Shown one piece after another: positions 20,168-29,389 of a stretch of 64,000 nucleotides of DNA. The stretch lies in the NCBI GenBank assembly GCA_951813565.1, contig OX638351.1, positions 4,096,001 to 4,160,000 on the forward strand, given 5' to 3'. Within the stretch, counting starts at the first letter, position 1. Each line of letters starts with the position of its first letter. This DNA comes from an uncultured Poribacteria bacterium. Lineage in GTDB: Bacteria > Poribacteria > WGA-4E > WGA-3G. Under the pieces are notes generated by a model. It did no database searches and had not been told where the DNA came from. It saw nothing but the letters and a program-made list of their open reading frames with translations. The position numbers and the translations under genes are program-made.

Positions 20168-21097
20168 ATGTCTCGTAAAGTTAGCGCGCGTATCCCTGCC
20201 AGCACAACTAATCTGGGTCCCGGGTTTGATGTGTTAGGACTCGCCTTAAAACTCTATAGCACAGTGACTTTAGAAACCACTGGAAGCAGTTCTGAAGTTG
20301 TTGTAAGTGGAGTTGACGTTGATAAGATACCAAGCACTCCTGAACATATCGCATTCCAAGCTGTCCAGTCTGTTTTCCAACGGAGCGGCGTGCAGCAGCC
20401 CAAAGGGCTAAAATTGAGCATCGCTAACGGAATTCCGGCGATTCGTGGGTTAGGTGGAAGCGGAACAGCGATCCTTGGCGGTTTACTCACAGCAAATGTT
20501 CTGTGTGGTAATCCGTTCTCATATTCAGAACTACTCAATTTTGCAACAGCCATGGAGGGACACCCCGATAATGTTGCTGCTTCTTTGTATGGTGGCATGG
20601 TCATTTCGGTGCAAGAAGGGGAACACATTCATACAATTCAGTTAGAATGTGATCCGACTCTTCATGTCGTACTCGCAATTCCAGAATTTACATTGTCAAC
20701 ACAGAAAGCACGGAACATTCTACCGAAAACTGTTGATTTTGCTGATGCTATCTACAATATTAGCAGAAGTTCCTTATTAGTCGCTTGCATTGCTACCGGA
20801 AAATTGGAGATGCTGTCGGTTGCAATGAAAGATAAACTACATCAACCTTACCGCAGCACGCTAATTCCAGGCTTTGATGATGTTGTTGACGCCGCGACAG
20901 ACGCTGGAGCAGTAAGTATCGCATTGAGTGGTGCGGGACCAACCATCGCTGCATACTGTTTGAATAACATGGACGCAGTTGGGAATCGGATGCGAGATGT
21001 TTTTAAACGACATAATATTCCATGCAAAATCCAGGTGATCGGTGCGGACCTGGAAGGCGCAAAAGTCTGGAGTAACGGGGACGAAAGTCCAAAATAA
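20168..21097 (+). CDS. thrB: Homoserine kinase
   Basis: PASTTNLGPGFD, GLGGSG, EGHPDN, LHQPYR, LSGAGPT; start chosen at ATG 20168. Confidence 0.93.
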   Translation: MSRKVSARIPASTTNLGPGFDVLGLALKLYSTVTLETTGSSSEVVVSGVDVDKIPSTPEHIAFQAVQSVFQRSGVQQPKGLKLSIANGIPAIRGLGGSGTAILGGLLTANVLCGNPFSYSELLNFATAMEGHPDNVAASLYGGMVISVQEGEHIHTIQLECDPTLHVVLAIPEFTLSTQKARNILPKTVDFADAIYNISRSSLLVACIATGKLEMLSVAMKDKLHQPYRSTLIPGFDDVVDAATDAGAVSIALSGAGPTIAAYCLNNMDAVGNRMRDVFKRHNIPCKIQVIGADLEGAKVWSNGDESPK

Positions 21098-21139
21098 ACC
21101 ACAGTAACTTTGTAAGAATGTGAAACGTTAGGAAAAACA

Positions 21140-23866
21140 ATGTCTAATTTTTATGCAGAAAGTATCGCATTTCTGTTAAACCAATTTAGTACCGATCTGG
21201 AATACGGCTTAAGCCACGCGGCAGTAGAAAAATTAAAGACACATTATGGTAATAATGTGCCGAATTCCAAGATAGATGCTTCGCAAATCGGATCCTTTTT
21301 TGAGCAGGTCCTTAACTGGAGATTACTGCTTTTAGTACTTGCCATAACAGTTTTTGTATTTTCCACTGATGTGCCGAGAATTGCCCTTATCGGAGGGGTT
21401 TTGATTCTTTCTTTCTGTTGGGCGACTATAGTTTCAATAAGTTTTCGACGTAGACACAAGCAACGTACAGCACAATTCAGCATTACCGTTGCGGTTATGC
21501 GTCAAGGTACGCAAGAAAAATGTTCCCCCTCCGATATTGTACCAGGGGACCTGCTTCTTCTTAAACCCGGCGATTATATCCCTGCCGATGCCCGAATAGT
21601 GCAATCAGACGGGTTAAAAGTTAACGAATCTGTGCTATTCGGGAGTAGTGGTTCAGCTGCAAAAACTTTTAAGGAGATAAAGGAGACTGGACTCCCTCCG
21701 GAAAAACAGACAAACATGGTTTTTGGAGGGACATACGTTGATACTGGAACAGGTCAGGCGATCGTGGTCAGAATAGGTGATGAGTTAGAAATGCACCAGA
21801 ATCGTGGAAATGCACGTTCTTTGCCGCACGAGACGACTGTCGCAGAAAATCAAATAAAATTTTTCATAGATATTCTAAAAGTCATAGGTCTGGTTGTCGG
21901 TGGAATAGCAGTTGCTATTTTCTGGTGGCAAAAATCACAACAGAGTGATCCAACAAATTGGATAGAATTCCTTCAATTCGGTTTAATTTTTGCAATTGCC
22001 GCAACCCCTCATGACTTAGTGTTGCTACTACACTCCATCTTTGATCAGAAAACCTCTGGTGTGCTTAAGAAAGGCATGGCACTCCGAAATAGGCATTTCC
22101 TTGAGAAATTGAATCGTCTCACAGCTTTTTGTACTGATGAAAAAGGCATCGCAAGCACAAAATCTCTCACTATTTCCAGTATTTTTGTTGATCAACAAAT
22201 GGTAAACCGTTCTGTATGGGAAAATTGGTTAAAATCACTCAAATCCCAGTCACCTGAAGAAAAAAGCAAGCGAATAAATGATATTCCACCAAGATTTCAA
22301 ATTCCTCAAGGTGCTCCTGGACTCGTGCTGACTGCAGGGTTGGGAACTTCCGGCGAACGGTATTATGATAGGACGGGAGTTGATCATGCACATCAACTTG
22401 TTATACAAGACACTATGGAACGACTCGGGTATAAGCTGGCAGATCTTAAATCTAATATGCATCTTGTCTCTGAATATCCATGGACACCGAACTTCGGATA
22501 TGAACTTCATGTGTTTGAATCAGAGGAAAACGAGTATCTGAACATTATATTTGGCGATGCCCGTAATGTGCTTGAGGCGTGTAATTCCATTCTTGTAAAT
22601 GGAGAGGTATCTGAATTCTACTATGAACAGTATGAGATGTGTAGTGAAATTCTCAATTACATGCAAAACCCCAGGGATACTGTTTATGGTGTAGCATCAT
22701 TACATTCCGAGGTGCCGCTAACACCACAAGAAGTTCAGGGAATGTCAACTTTTTTAGGATTCATTAGTTTTTCTGTCACTGATAACGACGAGACAAAAGA
22801 AGTTATAAAATCATTTATGGATATAGGCTTAAAGGTCATTCTAATGAGTGAAAGTGACGAACAAAAAACAACCGATTTAGCCAAAGAGTTGGGTCTCGTC
22901 CATACTCGTAATGCAGTCGGAACAAGAGAAGAACTGATGCAGCTATCCACACAAGAGTTCGACAAAGAAGTTCCAAATTGGAATGCCTATTCGCAACCGA
23001 CACAAGAACAACGTAGGAATATTGTGCTCAGTTTGAAACGACACAATCATTCTGTTGGTTATTTGGCACAAAATGCTAACGATCAACGCGCGATGATCAC
23101 GGCTGACCTCGCACTGGCAGATACAAGGTACGCTTCACATTTTGCCCAAGAACATGCCGACTGCCTGATAATTGAAAAAGGCTTCAAGGCAGTTAAGGAC
23201 TGCTTGCTATATGCGCGAGAAGCGTATCACAATCTTTCTGGTTCGCTTCGGTGGTGTTTATCATGCACACTGGCACAATTTTTTACTGTCGTTTTTGGAT
23301 TAATTCTGCATGCCAGGTTCAAGTTTGAGATGCCGCTAACACTTACGCAGGTGGTCTGGGTTCAATTTTTAACAACGCTGCTTCCAGCAATTGGATTAGG
23401 TTATGAACAGATAACCGTTGATGAAAAGCGACATCACCCCGGCAGAGCAACGATGCTCCTTCCGAAAACCGCTGTGATTGATATTGTTTGCCGAAGTCTT
23501 GTTATTAGTTTAATGACAATTATCCATTTTTTGGTGCTAACAGTTACTGGAACAGAATCTAATCTTATAGAGGCACGCACAGCAGCCTGTACTACATTGA
23601 TTTTTGCACAGGTGGCTGTATACTTCCAATGCACGCGATATCCATGGGAATCTCTTTTTAAAAGGATGTTCACTAACGTCCGTCTATTTGTAATTTTTCT
23701 AATCGTTATCGGGCTTCATGCATCAGCGATGTACATTGCCCCCATGCAGAATATTTTGGAAATCGTACCGCTTCAGCAGGAATGGATAGTAACGTCTTTG
23801 TGTAGTCTGATTTTGCTACTGTTACCATTAAATTTAGCGATAAATCCACGCAAAGATAGAACTTAA
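21140..23866 (+). CDS. P-type ATPase homolog (type II architecture) with degenerate catalytic motifs
   Basis: VPGDLLLLKPGDYIPADARI, NMVFGGT and typical TM layout; but DKTGT appears as DEKGI, TGES as FGSS, GDGVND as AQNAND. Confidence 0.85.
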   Translation: MSNFYAESIAFLLNQFSTDLEYGLSHAAVEKLKTHYGNNVPNSKIDASQIGSFFEQVLNWRLLLLVLAITVFVFSTDVPRIALIGGVLILSFCWATIVSISFRRRHKQRTAQFSITVAVMRQGTQEKCSPSDIVPGDLLLLKPGDYIPADARIVQSDGLKVNESVLFGSSGSAAKTFKEIKETGLPPEKQTNMVFGGTYVDTGTGQAIVVRIGDELEMHQNRGNARSLPHETTVAENQIKFFIDILKVIGLVVGGIAVAIFWWQKSQQSDPTNWIEFLQFGLIFAIAATPHDLVLLLHSIFDQKTSGVLKKGMALRNRHFLEKLNRLTAFCTDEKGIASTKSLTISSIFVDQQMVNRSVWENWLKSLKSQSPEEKSKRINDIPPRFQIPQGAPGLVLTAGLGTSGERYYDRTGVDHAHQLVIQDTMERLGYKLADLKSNMHLVSEYPWTPNFGYELHVFESEENEYLNIIFGDARNVLEACNSILVNGEVSEFYYEQYEMCSEILNYMQNPRDTVYGVASLHSEVPLTPQEVQGMSTFLGFISFSVTDNDETKEVIKSFMDIGLKVILMSESDEQKTTDLAKELGLVHTRNAVGTREELMQLSTQEFDKEVPNWNAYSQPTQEQRRNIVLSLKRHNHSVGYLAQNANDQRAMITADLALADTRYASHFAQEHADCLIIEKGFKAVKDCLLYAREAYHNLSGSLRWCLSCTLAQFFTVVFGLILHARFKFEMPLTLTQVVWVQFLTTLLPAIGLGYEQITVDEKRHHPGRATMLLPKTAVIDIVCRSLVISLMTIIHFLVLTVTGTESNLIEARTAACTTLIFAQVAVYFQCTRYPWESLFKRMFTNVRLFVIFLIVIGLHASAMYIAPMQNILEIVPLQQEWIVTSLCSLILLLLPLNLAINPRKDRT

Positions 23867-25815
23867 ACCCAAAATCCGTAGGTCGGTATACCTCCAATAA
23901 TACCTATAATTGTCCAAATACTTCCTACCGTAAACTCACCAAGGATAAGTCCTAAAAAGAACGGCGCTACCTTTCTGTATCTCACAGGTCCACCATATTT
24001 GAGAATGATCAGTTTAATTAACCAGCTCATAAAAAGACAACCCCATGTAACATGCATGCCCCAACTGGTAGAAATAGCAAAGCCGGCAGGATGAAACGGC
24101 CACCACACAAAACGCATTCGAAATAGCATTAGCACTGCTGTCAGTAGAAATCCAATACCTGTAAACAGACTTTCTGGGATAAGCGTGTCAGTAGGAGATT
24201 GAAGCCAGCCTGTTAGACGGCGGTAAGGTTCTATACCAAATGCACTCAAAGATGGCCAATACGCCCGTACTTCCATTCCTAATCGATAACCTCGGTCGAT
24301 TAAAGCCCAAAAACCTGCCAACGACCCTAACACAGCGGCTAACATTAAGGCAAAGATAATCCGTTTCATTGTCATATTTGTCCGCTCTATAATTTTAAAA
24401 CCTTCTAACTGATGTGGCATCGGATGGCTTCGATATGCACGATTGATAAACCAAAACATTGAAAACATGATGAGATTATCTCTACCCAACCTGCGTGTGC
24501 CTACGACCCGCGTTAAAATTTGGTCAGGACCAGAATAGTGCAGATCATGCACGGGAGTTCCCAACTCAGCACGCATGCGCGTGATTGCAATAGAAATCAT
24601 ATAATAGATAGCAAAAAACGCGAGCATAACGCCTATATTGGCACCGCCATAGTAGCAAAAAATAACTAAGAAAACCATTACCGCGATGAGTCCGATAACG
24701 GCAGCTCTGTAAGAAATCGCTTCATTTTCATCTTCTTGTGATTTGTTTCGGCTGAAAAGTGCTCGTCCTACCTGAAGTAGATGTCTGCGACTTGCCCATA
24801 TAGCTAAAACGCACAAGGCAAGGTAACCGCCAGATGCTTGCTCGTTCGTGTAAGGAAAACGTGGAAGGTTTCGAAATCCAAATGCGGCACCCGCAACACG
24901 CATTAACCGCCAATACCAAAAGAAAAACCAACAGGAAAAAGAGAGGTCAAGTGGGATGAAGAACCCAAGTCCAATTGCAAATGGATAGAGTGAAAACGGT
25001 ATTCTACCCATCGCGTTCCAAGGGCTTTCTGTGAAAACTTGGTAACTCCGAATACGGGTGCGTAGTTCGGGTAGAAATGGGTATAAAAAACTTATACCGT
25101 TCCATAATGCCAAGCCCCCAGCAACACAAAAACCGAGCCACATTAACTTATTCTGAAAAAGACGATTTTGAGGGGTTTCCGTAAGGTTGAGAGGAAGATG
25201 TATAATCGGATAACTTAGTTTTTCATACTCAATCCACTGTTTTCGGATAATAATATTGATGCAAAGCATGCCGAAAATCAATACACTAATAAAGACTGTC
25301 CACCACAATACGGGTGTTGCCCAACCAAGCAAGGATTCAAATGTATAAAGTGGTAGATCACCTTCATAATAACCTTGTAGCAATTGGCTATTGCTAACCG
25401 TGAGCCAGTCTGGAAGGAAAGGTAGAAACAGTTGTTGCCATTCATTTTCAGGCGTTGCAAAGCGGAAGGCATGACCAAGCATCGGCACCAAAATTTCAAG
25501 CATATCATGCCCAGTAATTCCTGATGCGATGGAAAGCATCAGGTAAACAACGACCAACTCGCTTTGGACCAAAGCAATTCGTGGAAGAAACCGCTGCAGT
25601 AACTGGTTGAGACCGATAACTACAAATAAACTAAAAATAACATTGAAAAAGAGAGAAATCGTAACAGGGTGTCCCGAATAACGGATGACCTCCATTTCAA
25701 TAACCCAATAGCAATTTATCGGAATTAGAATAACAGCAATTAGGATGGATTTAAGCGTAACCCCGTGAGCAGGAATGTTTGAGGACGACGGGGGTGGGGC
25801 TTTTTGAATTTCCAT
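23863..25815 (-). CDS. DUF6785/DUF6784-like polytopic membrane protein (putative peptide transporter)
   Basis: 650 aa; RKQW..EKLSYPI, SFSCWFF, RMRAELG, WWPFHPAG, PFFLGLILGE. Confidence 0.7.
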   Translation of the reverse strand: MEIQKAPPPSSSNIPAHGVTLKSILIAVILIPINCYWVIEMEVIRYSGHPVTISLFFNVIFSLFVVIGLNQLLQRFLPRIALVQSELVVVYLMLSIASGITGHDMLEILVPMLGHAFRFATPENEWQQLFLPFLPDWLTVSNSQLLQGYYEGDLPLYTFESLLGWATPVLWWTVFISVLIFGMLCINIIIRKQWIEYEKLSYPIIHLPLNLTETPQNRLFQNKLMWLGFCVAGGLALWNGISFLYPFLPELRTRIRSYQVFTESPWNAMGRIPFSLYPFAIGLGFFIPLDLSFSCWFFFWYWRLMRVAGAAFGFRNLPRFPYTNEQASGGYLALCVLAIWASRRHLLQVGRALFSRNKSQEDENEAISYRAAVIGLIAVMVFLVIFCYYGGANIGVMLAFFAIYYMISIAITRMRAELGTPVHDLHYSGPDQILTRVVGTRRLGRDNLIMFSMFWFINRAYRSHPMPHQLEGFKIIERTNMTMKRIIFALMLAAVLGSLAGFWALIDRGYRLGMEVRAYWPSLSAFGIEPYRRLTGWLQSPTDTLIPESLFTGIGFLLTAVLMLFRMRFVWWPFHPAGFAISTSWGMHVTWGCLFMSWLIKLIILKYGGPVRYRKVAPFFLGLILGEFTVGSIWTIIGIIGGIPTYGFWV

Positions 25816-26078
25816 TTAGTCTTGAATCAGCTCACGGGTATTATTTTTATGTAGTCTACCGCAATGCGCGTGGGTTGTCAACGGCTATTTTATTCCTACC
25901 GTGAGATATTTAGGATATGCATTACGAATATTTCATACATGTTTCCCGAATTCCCTTACATGTTACCATGCATGTTCGTTCTAACTGTAAGTTACTGTGG
26001 CTTATAAGTTACATGTAGCTACACGGGGTGATAGATTTAAGCTTAGTTAGTATAAGATTTTATTTTGGTAGATTTCAG

Positions 26079-26322
26079 AATTAATTGAGGGATGTGCATA
26101 AATAATTCCCATGTTAAAGTATGTGTTTAAAGGTAGTCCGCACACGCCGTGGGTTTCCGTCCACAAGTTCAAAGAGGCGCAGCATGCCACACGCGCATGC
26201 TGCGTTGATTTGGCAATGAATTGCGCGACTACAAACGGCATTTCTATAAATCAAGCGGCACCTGGCGTCTGTCCCTGTCTGTGTTGATCCGCCAAATATT
26301 TATGCACACTCCTCAATTAATT
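26079..26322. mobile_element. MITE-like element with about 26-bp imperfect TIR containing REP pieces
   Basis: AATTAATTGAGGGATGTGCATAAATA / TATTTATGCACACTCCTCAATTAATT. Confidence 0.65.
26179..26212 (-). mobile_element. 34-nt CAAATCAAC-hairpin micro-insertion
   Basis: Reverse strand CAAATCAAC GCAGCATGC GCGTGTG GCATGCTGC in GAGGC^GCAATGAATTGCGCGACTAC; near-identical empty arm at about 9751-9775. Confidence 0.85.
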
Positions 26323-26341
26323 AGACATTATTGATCTGTGC

Positions 26342-26372
26342 ATCAACGCAGCATGCGCTTTTGGCATGCTGC
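26342..26372 (+). mobile_element. Micro-insertion with truncated leader, at the left arm of a REP doublet
   Basis: ATCAAC GCAGCATGC GCTTTTG GCATGCTGC followed by GGGAGTGATCTCCGA..TCGGAGATCACTCCTAC. Confidence 0.7.
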
Positions 26373-26453
26373 GGGAGTGATCTCCGATTCCCGACTATCA
26401 AAGCGGTTAGTCGCGATTCGGAGATCACTCCTACAGAATTAGTATCTCATTAA

Positions 26454-26841
26454 TTATACTATAGTTTGGACAATTTTAGCTGTTTTCGTGAGGTTGGGTT
26501 AGACAGAAACATCTTAGAAATAGATATAGTTTTCATATTGGACACCTGTCGCCCCGCTGGGGCTGAAGCGGGTTGTTTACAGCGTTTCTATACACCTGTC
26601 GCCCCGCTGGGGCTGCCCAAAAGTATTTTTGGACGAGTTCTTTCAGCCAGCAAAATCGCAGAAAATATAAATACTATAAGATGACACCTTAGCCCCAGGG
26701 GCGACAGGTGTATAGAAGAAGGTAATTGCCGCTGTCTAAAGCCCCCGCGGGGCGACAGGTGTCCAATATTTTGCTTTGGACACCTAACAGTTTCTCAGCA
26801 AGTCCTCGAACAGTATGTAAATTGTCCAAACTATAGTATAA
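26454..26841. mobile_element. MITE with perfect 23-bp TIR enclosing four ACACCTGTCGCCCC REP units
   Basis: TTATACTATAGTTTGGACAATTT (26454-26476) / AAATTGTCCAAACTATAGTATAA (26819-26841). Confidence 0.8.
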
Positions 26842-26879
26842 TATTAAGAGGGATAATGAATTGCGCGACTACAAACGCG

Positions 26880-27995
26880 TTATTGGATTGTGCTTGCCTT
26901 TAAACCACTACCCGTCAGAACTGAAACCGTCACATCCCCTTCTCGGATAATACCTTCCTGCTTAAACTTCTCATATCCCTCAATTACGACAGCAGAGGTT
27001 GGTTCAACATAGATACCTTTCTCGGCAAGCGTTTTTATTCCCGCCTTAATGTCCGCATCATCAACAGTCGTAAACGCACCATTGGTAAAACGGATCGCCT
27101 CTAAAATCGTTCGCTCTCGGATAGGAATTTCAGCAGTAATACCTTCCGCAAGGGTTGGTCTGGTTTGTAGCATTCTTGAGATGGTGGGTGTTTTATCACA
27201 GTAAGCGTTGTAAATTGGGCAACAGGTTTCAGGTTGAACACCGAGTAAACGGGGAACACGTTCAATCGTCCCCGCTTCGTGCAATTCCCGATAACCGAGA
27301 AAAAGTCCCAGATAGATGCTTCCGAATCCGACAGGACAGATAATATGTGCAGGAACGTCTCCTTCCAACTGCTCAGTTATTTCATAAGCAAGTGTCTTTG
27401 TGCCTTCCAAGAAAAAGGGATGCCAATTGTGAGAAGCATAGCAGGTGTTTTCTGCAGCCAGTTTAACGGCTTCTGTTGTTGCGGTCCGATTTCCCGGCAC
27501 CAGTTTTAACTCTGCACCGTAAGCAGAAATCTGTTTTAATTTACCTTTTGAGGTAGATTCTGGACAGTAGATGGTACAGCGAATACCTGCTCTTGCACTG
27601 TAGGCAGCGATTGCTGCACCTGCATTGCCCGATGAATCCTCAACGACATCTGTAACGCCATGTGCTTTGAGATGTGTCAACAGGACGGATGCACCTCGAT
27701 CTTTATATGAACCGGTTGGACAGAGATAGTCCAGTTTTACATAGTGTTCTGGGTTTTCCGTTGGGTTCAGCGGAATGATAGGGGTCATTCCTTCGCCAAG
27801 GGTGATAATCTCGGAGTCTGTGGGAATAGACAATGCCTCGCGGTAACGCCAAAGTGAGGGTATAGAGGCATCGTATTTTTGAGATCGCGAGGCATTTTTT
27901 TCCAGGGTTAACGGGGAACCACAATCACATTTATATCGTAATGCTGTCACTTTATAGGTAGCATTACATCTATTACACAGATATTGCATGGTCAT
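26880..27995 (-). CDS. thrC: Threonine synthase (PLP fold II)
   Basis: N-terminal CxxC..CxC, TLGEGMTP, PTGSYKDRG, SSGNAG, EGTKT, VEPTSA, LTGSGLK. Confidence 0.85.
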   Translation of the reverse strand: MTMQYLCNRCNATYKVTALRYKCDCGSPLTLEKNASRSQKYDASIPSLWRYREALSIPTDSEIITLGEGMTPIIPLNPTENPEHYVKLDYLCPTGSYKDRGASVLLTHLKAHGVTDVVEDSSGNAGAAIAAYSARAGIRCTIYCPESTSKGKLKQISAYGAELKLVPGNRTATTEAVKLAAENTCYASHNWHPFFLEGTKTLAYEITEQLEGDVPAHIICPVGFGSIYLGLFLGYRELHEAGTIERVPRLLGVQPETCCPIYNAYCDKTPTISRMLQTRPTLAEGITAEIPIRERTILEAIRFTNGAFTTVDDADIKAGIKTLAEKGIYVEPTSAVVIEGYEKFKQEGIIREGDVTVSVLTGSGLKASTIQ

Positions 27996-28672
27996 TCAGT
28001 ATGAGTCTTCAGTTGTCCCCAAGTCATTGCCAACTTGGATACCGGATCGACAGCTTGTGGCATACCAAACAAACCGTCCGGGTCAAAATTCTTTGGTGGT
28101 TCAATAGTGCTGACCCAAACGCGATTGATCCAAATCGGTCCTTTACCGTTCGAAGAAAATCTGAAATCCGAACCATTCGCACGATTCTCAAAACGACCAT
28201 CTTTGATTATCCAAATATGAACGCGCCATTTATCTGTTCCTTCAGGTTTTAAAACAGGAAAAGCACCATCTCCTGCACCACGGAACGCACCGCCAACGGG
28301 ACCAGCACCATTGCTGTCATATTGGCAATTAATCTGTTCCGCCTTGTTGGAGTCAAAATATTCCATGACAATCCAGGCTTTATGGTTTCCGCCGAATAGA
28401 AATGAATCGTCAATTTTGAAATACATGTGGTTGTGTCCTGGTCCATTATAGGGCCAAGGGTTTTCCAAACAGTCCACTTTATCCTGCACAGCAGGTTCTG
28501 TGATTCCATCTCCTTGTTCACTTTGGGTTAGTAATACACCTTCGCTTTCCTCACCAAGGTCTACCCAAATGAAGTTTTCACCTTCAACCGGTTCTTCCGC
28601 AGCAAATGCACCAAGTGAAATCAGAAAGCATTGAATCAAAAGAATTACTGTCAATTGAATACAACGGGACAT
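27992..28672 (-). CDS. Secreted protein with C-terminal AVDPxxKLAxTWGxLK motif
   Basis: Signal peptide; ends AVDPVSKLAMTWGQLK; AGGAGG upstream. Confidence 0.75.
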   Translation of the reverse strand: MSRCIQLTVILLIQCFLISLGAFAAEEPVEGENFIWVDLGEESEGVLLTQSEQGDGITEPAVQDKVDCLENPWPYNGPGHNHMYFKIDDSFLFGGNHKAWIVMEYFDSNKAEQINCQYDSNGAGPVGGAFRGAGDGAFPVLKPEGTDKWRVHIWIIKDGRFENRANGSDFRFSSNGKGPIWINRVWVSTIEPPKNFDPDGLFGMPQAVDPVSKLAMTWGQLKTHTE

Positions 28673-28699
28673 TTTTTTCCTCCTTATAATTGTGAGTTT

Positions 28700-29018
28700 T
28701 AGTGAAACCTACAATAGTCGTTTGGCGGGAATCCGGAACATCATAAGTGGAAAGCACACCACTGATTAGCGGGAAACCGACGAGTTTTCCATCTGTGTTC
28801 TTAGTATTACCAGCGTAATGCCCATAGTCATTGGTTCCTTTTACTTCCAGAAACTCAATACCAGGCACATTTATCGTCTCATAGATATAATGTGAGGTGT
28901 GTGTTTCGGCAATAGTGATAGGGATGGGTGGTAGATCAACTTGTGCTGCGGCGTGCCACGAAAAACAGATAATTAGACTTATGAACAAGGGAAGTTTCGT
29001 TTTTATGTGGTGACTCAT
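28700..29018 (-). pseudogene. Truncated paralog of the 29390-32068 secreted protein
   Basis: YETINVPGIEFL..YAGNTKNTDGKLVGF..STYDVP matches FETIDVPGVDFL..YAGYTKSTDG..TTYDFP, then homology stops. Confidence 0.65.
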
Positions 29019-29079
29019 AGTTATCCTTTTTAGGTTAAAAGAACCATATCGTAGACTGAGTCGAGCGGAGCGAAACTCA

Positions 29080-29368
29080 TAACTGTCAATTTAAGCACAT
29101 AATTACCGGATTATCTCTTGTGGGAGGGCTTTGAAAGCCCGACTTTGTGAGATTCAAACAGGTAAATCCAAATCAACGCTGAATACGTGTTTGGTATTCA
29201 GCGGGTGTCACAGCGTTGATTTAAAGGTAGCAGGTATACTCCGTCCGCCGTCCGCTCACATATTTTTGGAAAATATACGGCACACGGCGTGTGCCTACTA
29301 CTTTGCATGTGTATTATCAAGGTTGAAAACTCTCTCACAAGAAAGATTACACGTTAAATTGACACCTG
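29080..29368. mobile_element. MITE (TGTCAATTTAA ends) containing nested REPs and a micro-insertion at 29169-29202
   Basis: TAACTGTCAATTTAAG..TTAAATTGACACC; internal TCTTGTGGGAGGG..CTCTCACAAGA; CAAATCAAC GCTGAATAC GTGTTTG GTATTCAGC. Confidence 0.7.
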
Positions 29369-29389
29369 TAAGTTCTACACTAATTGACT

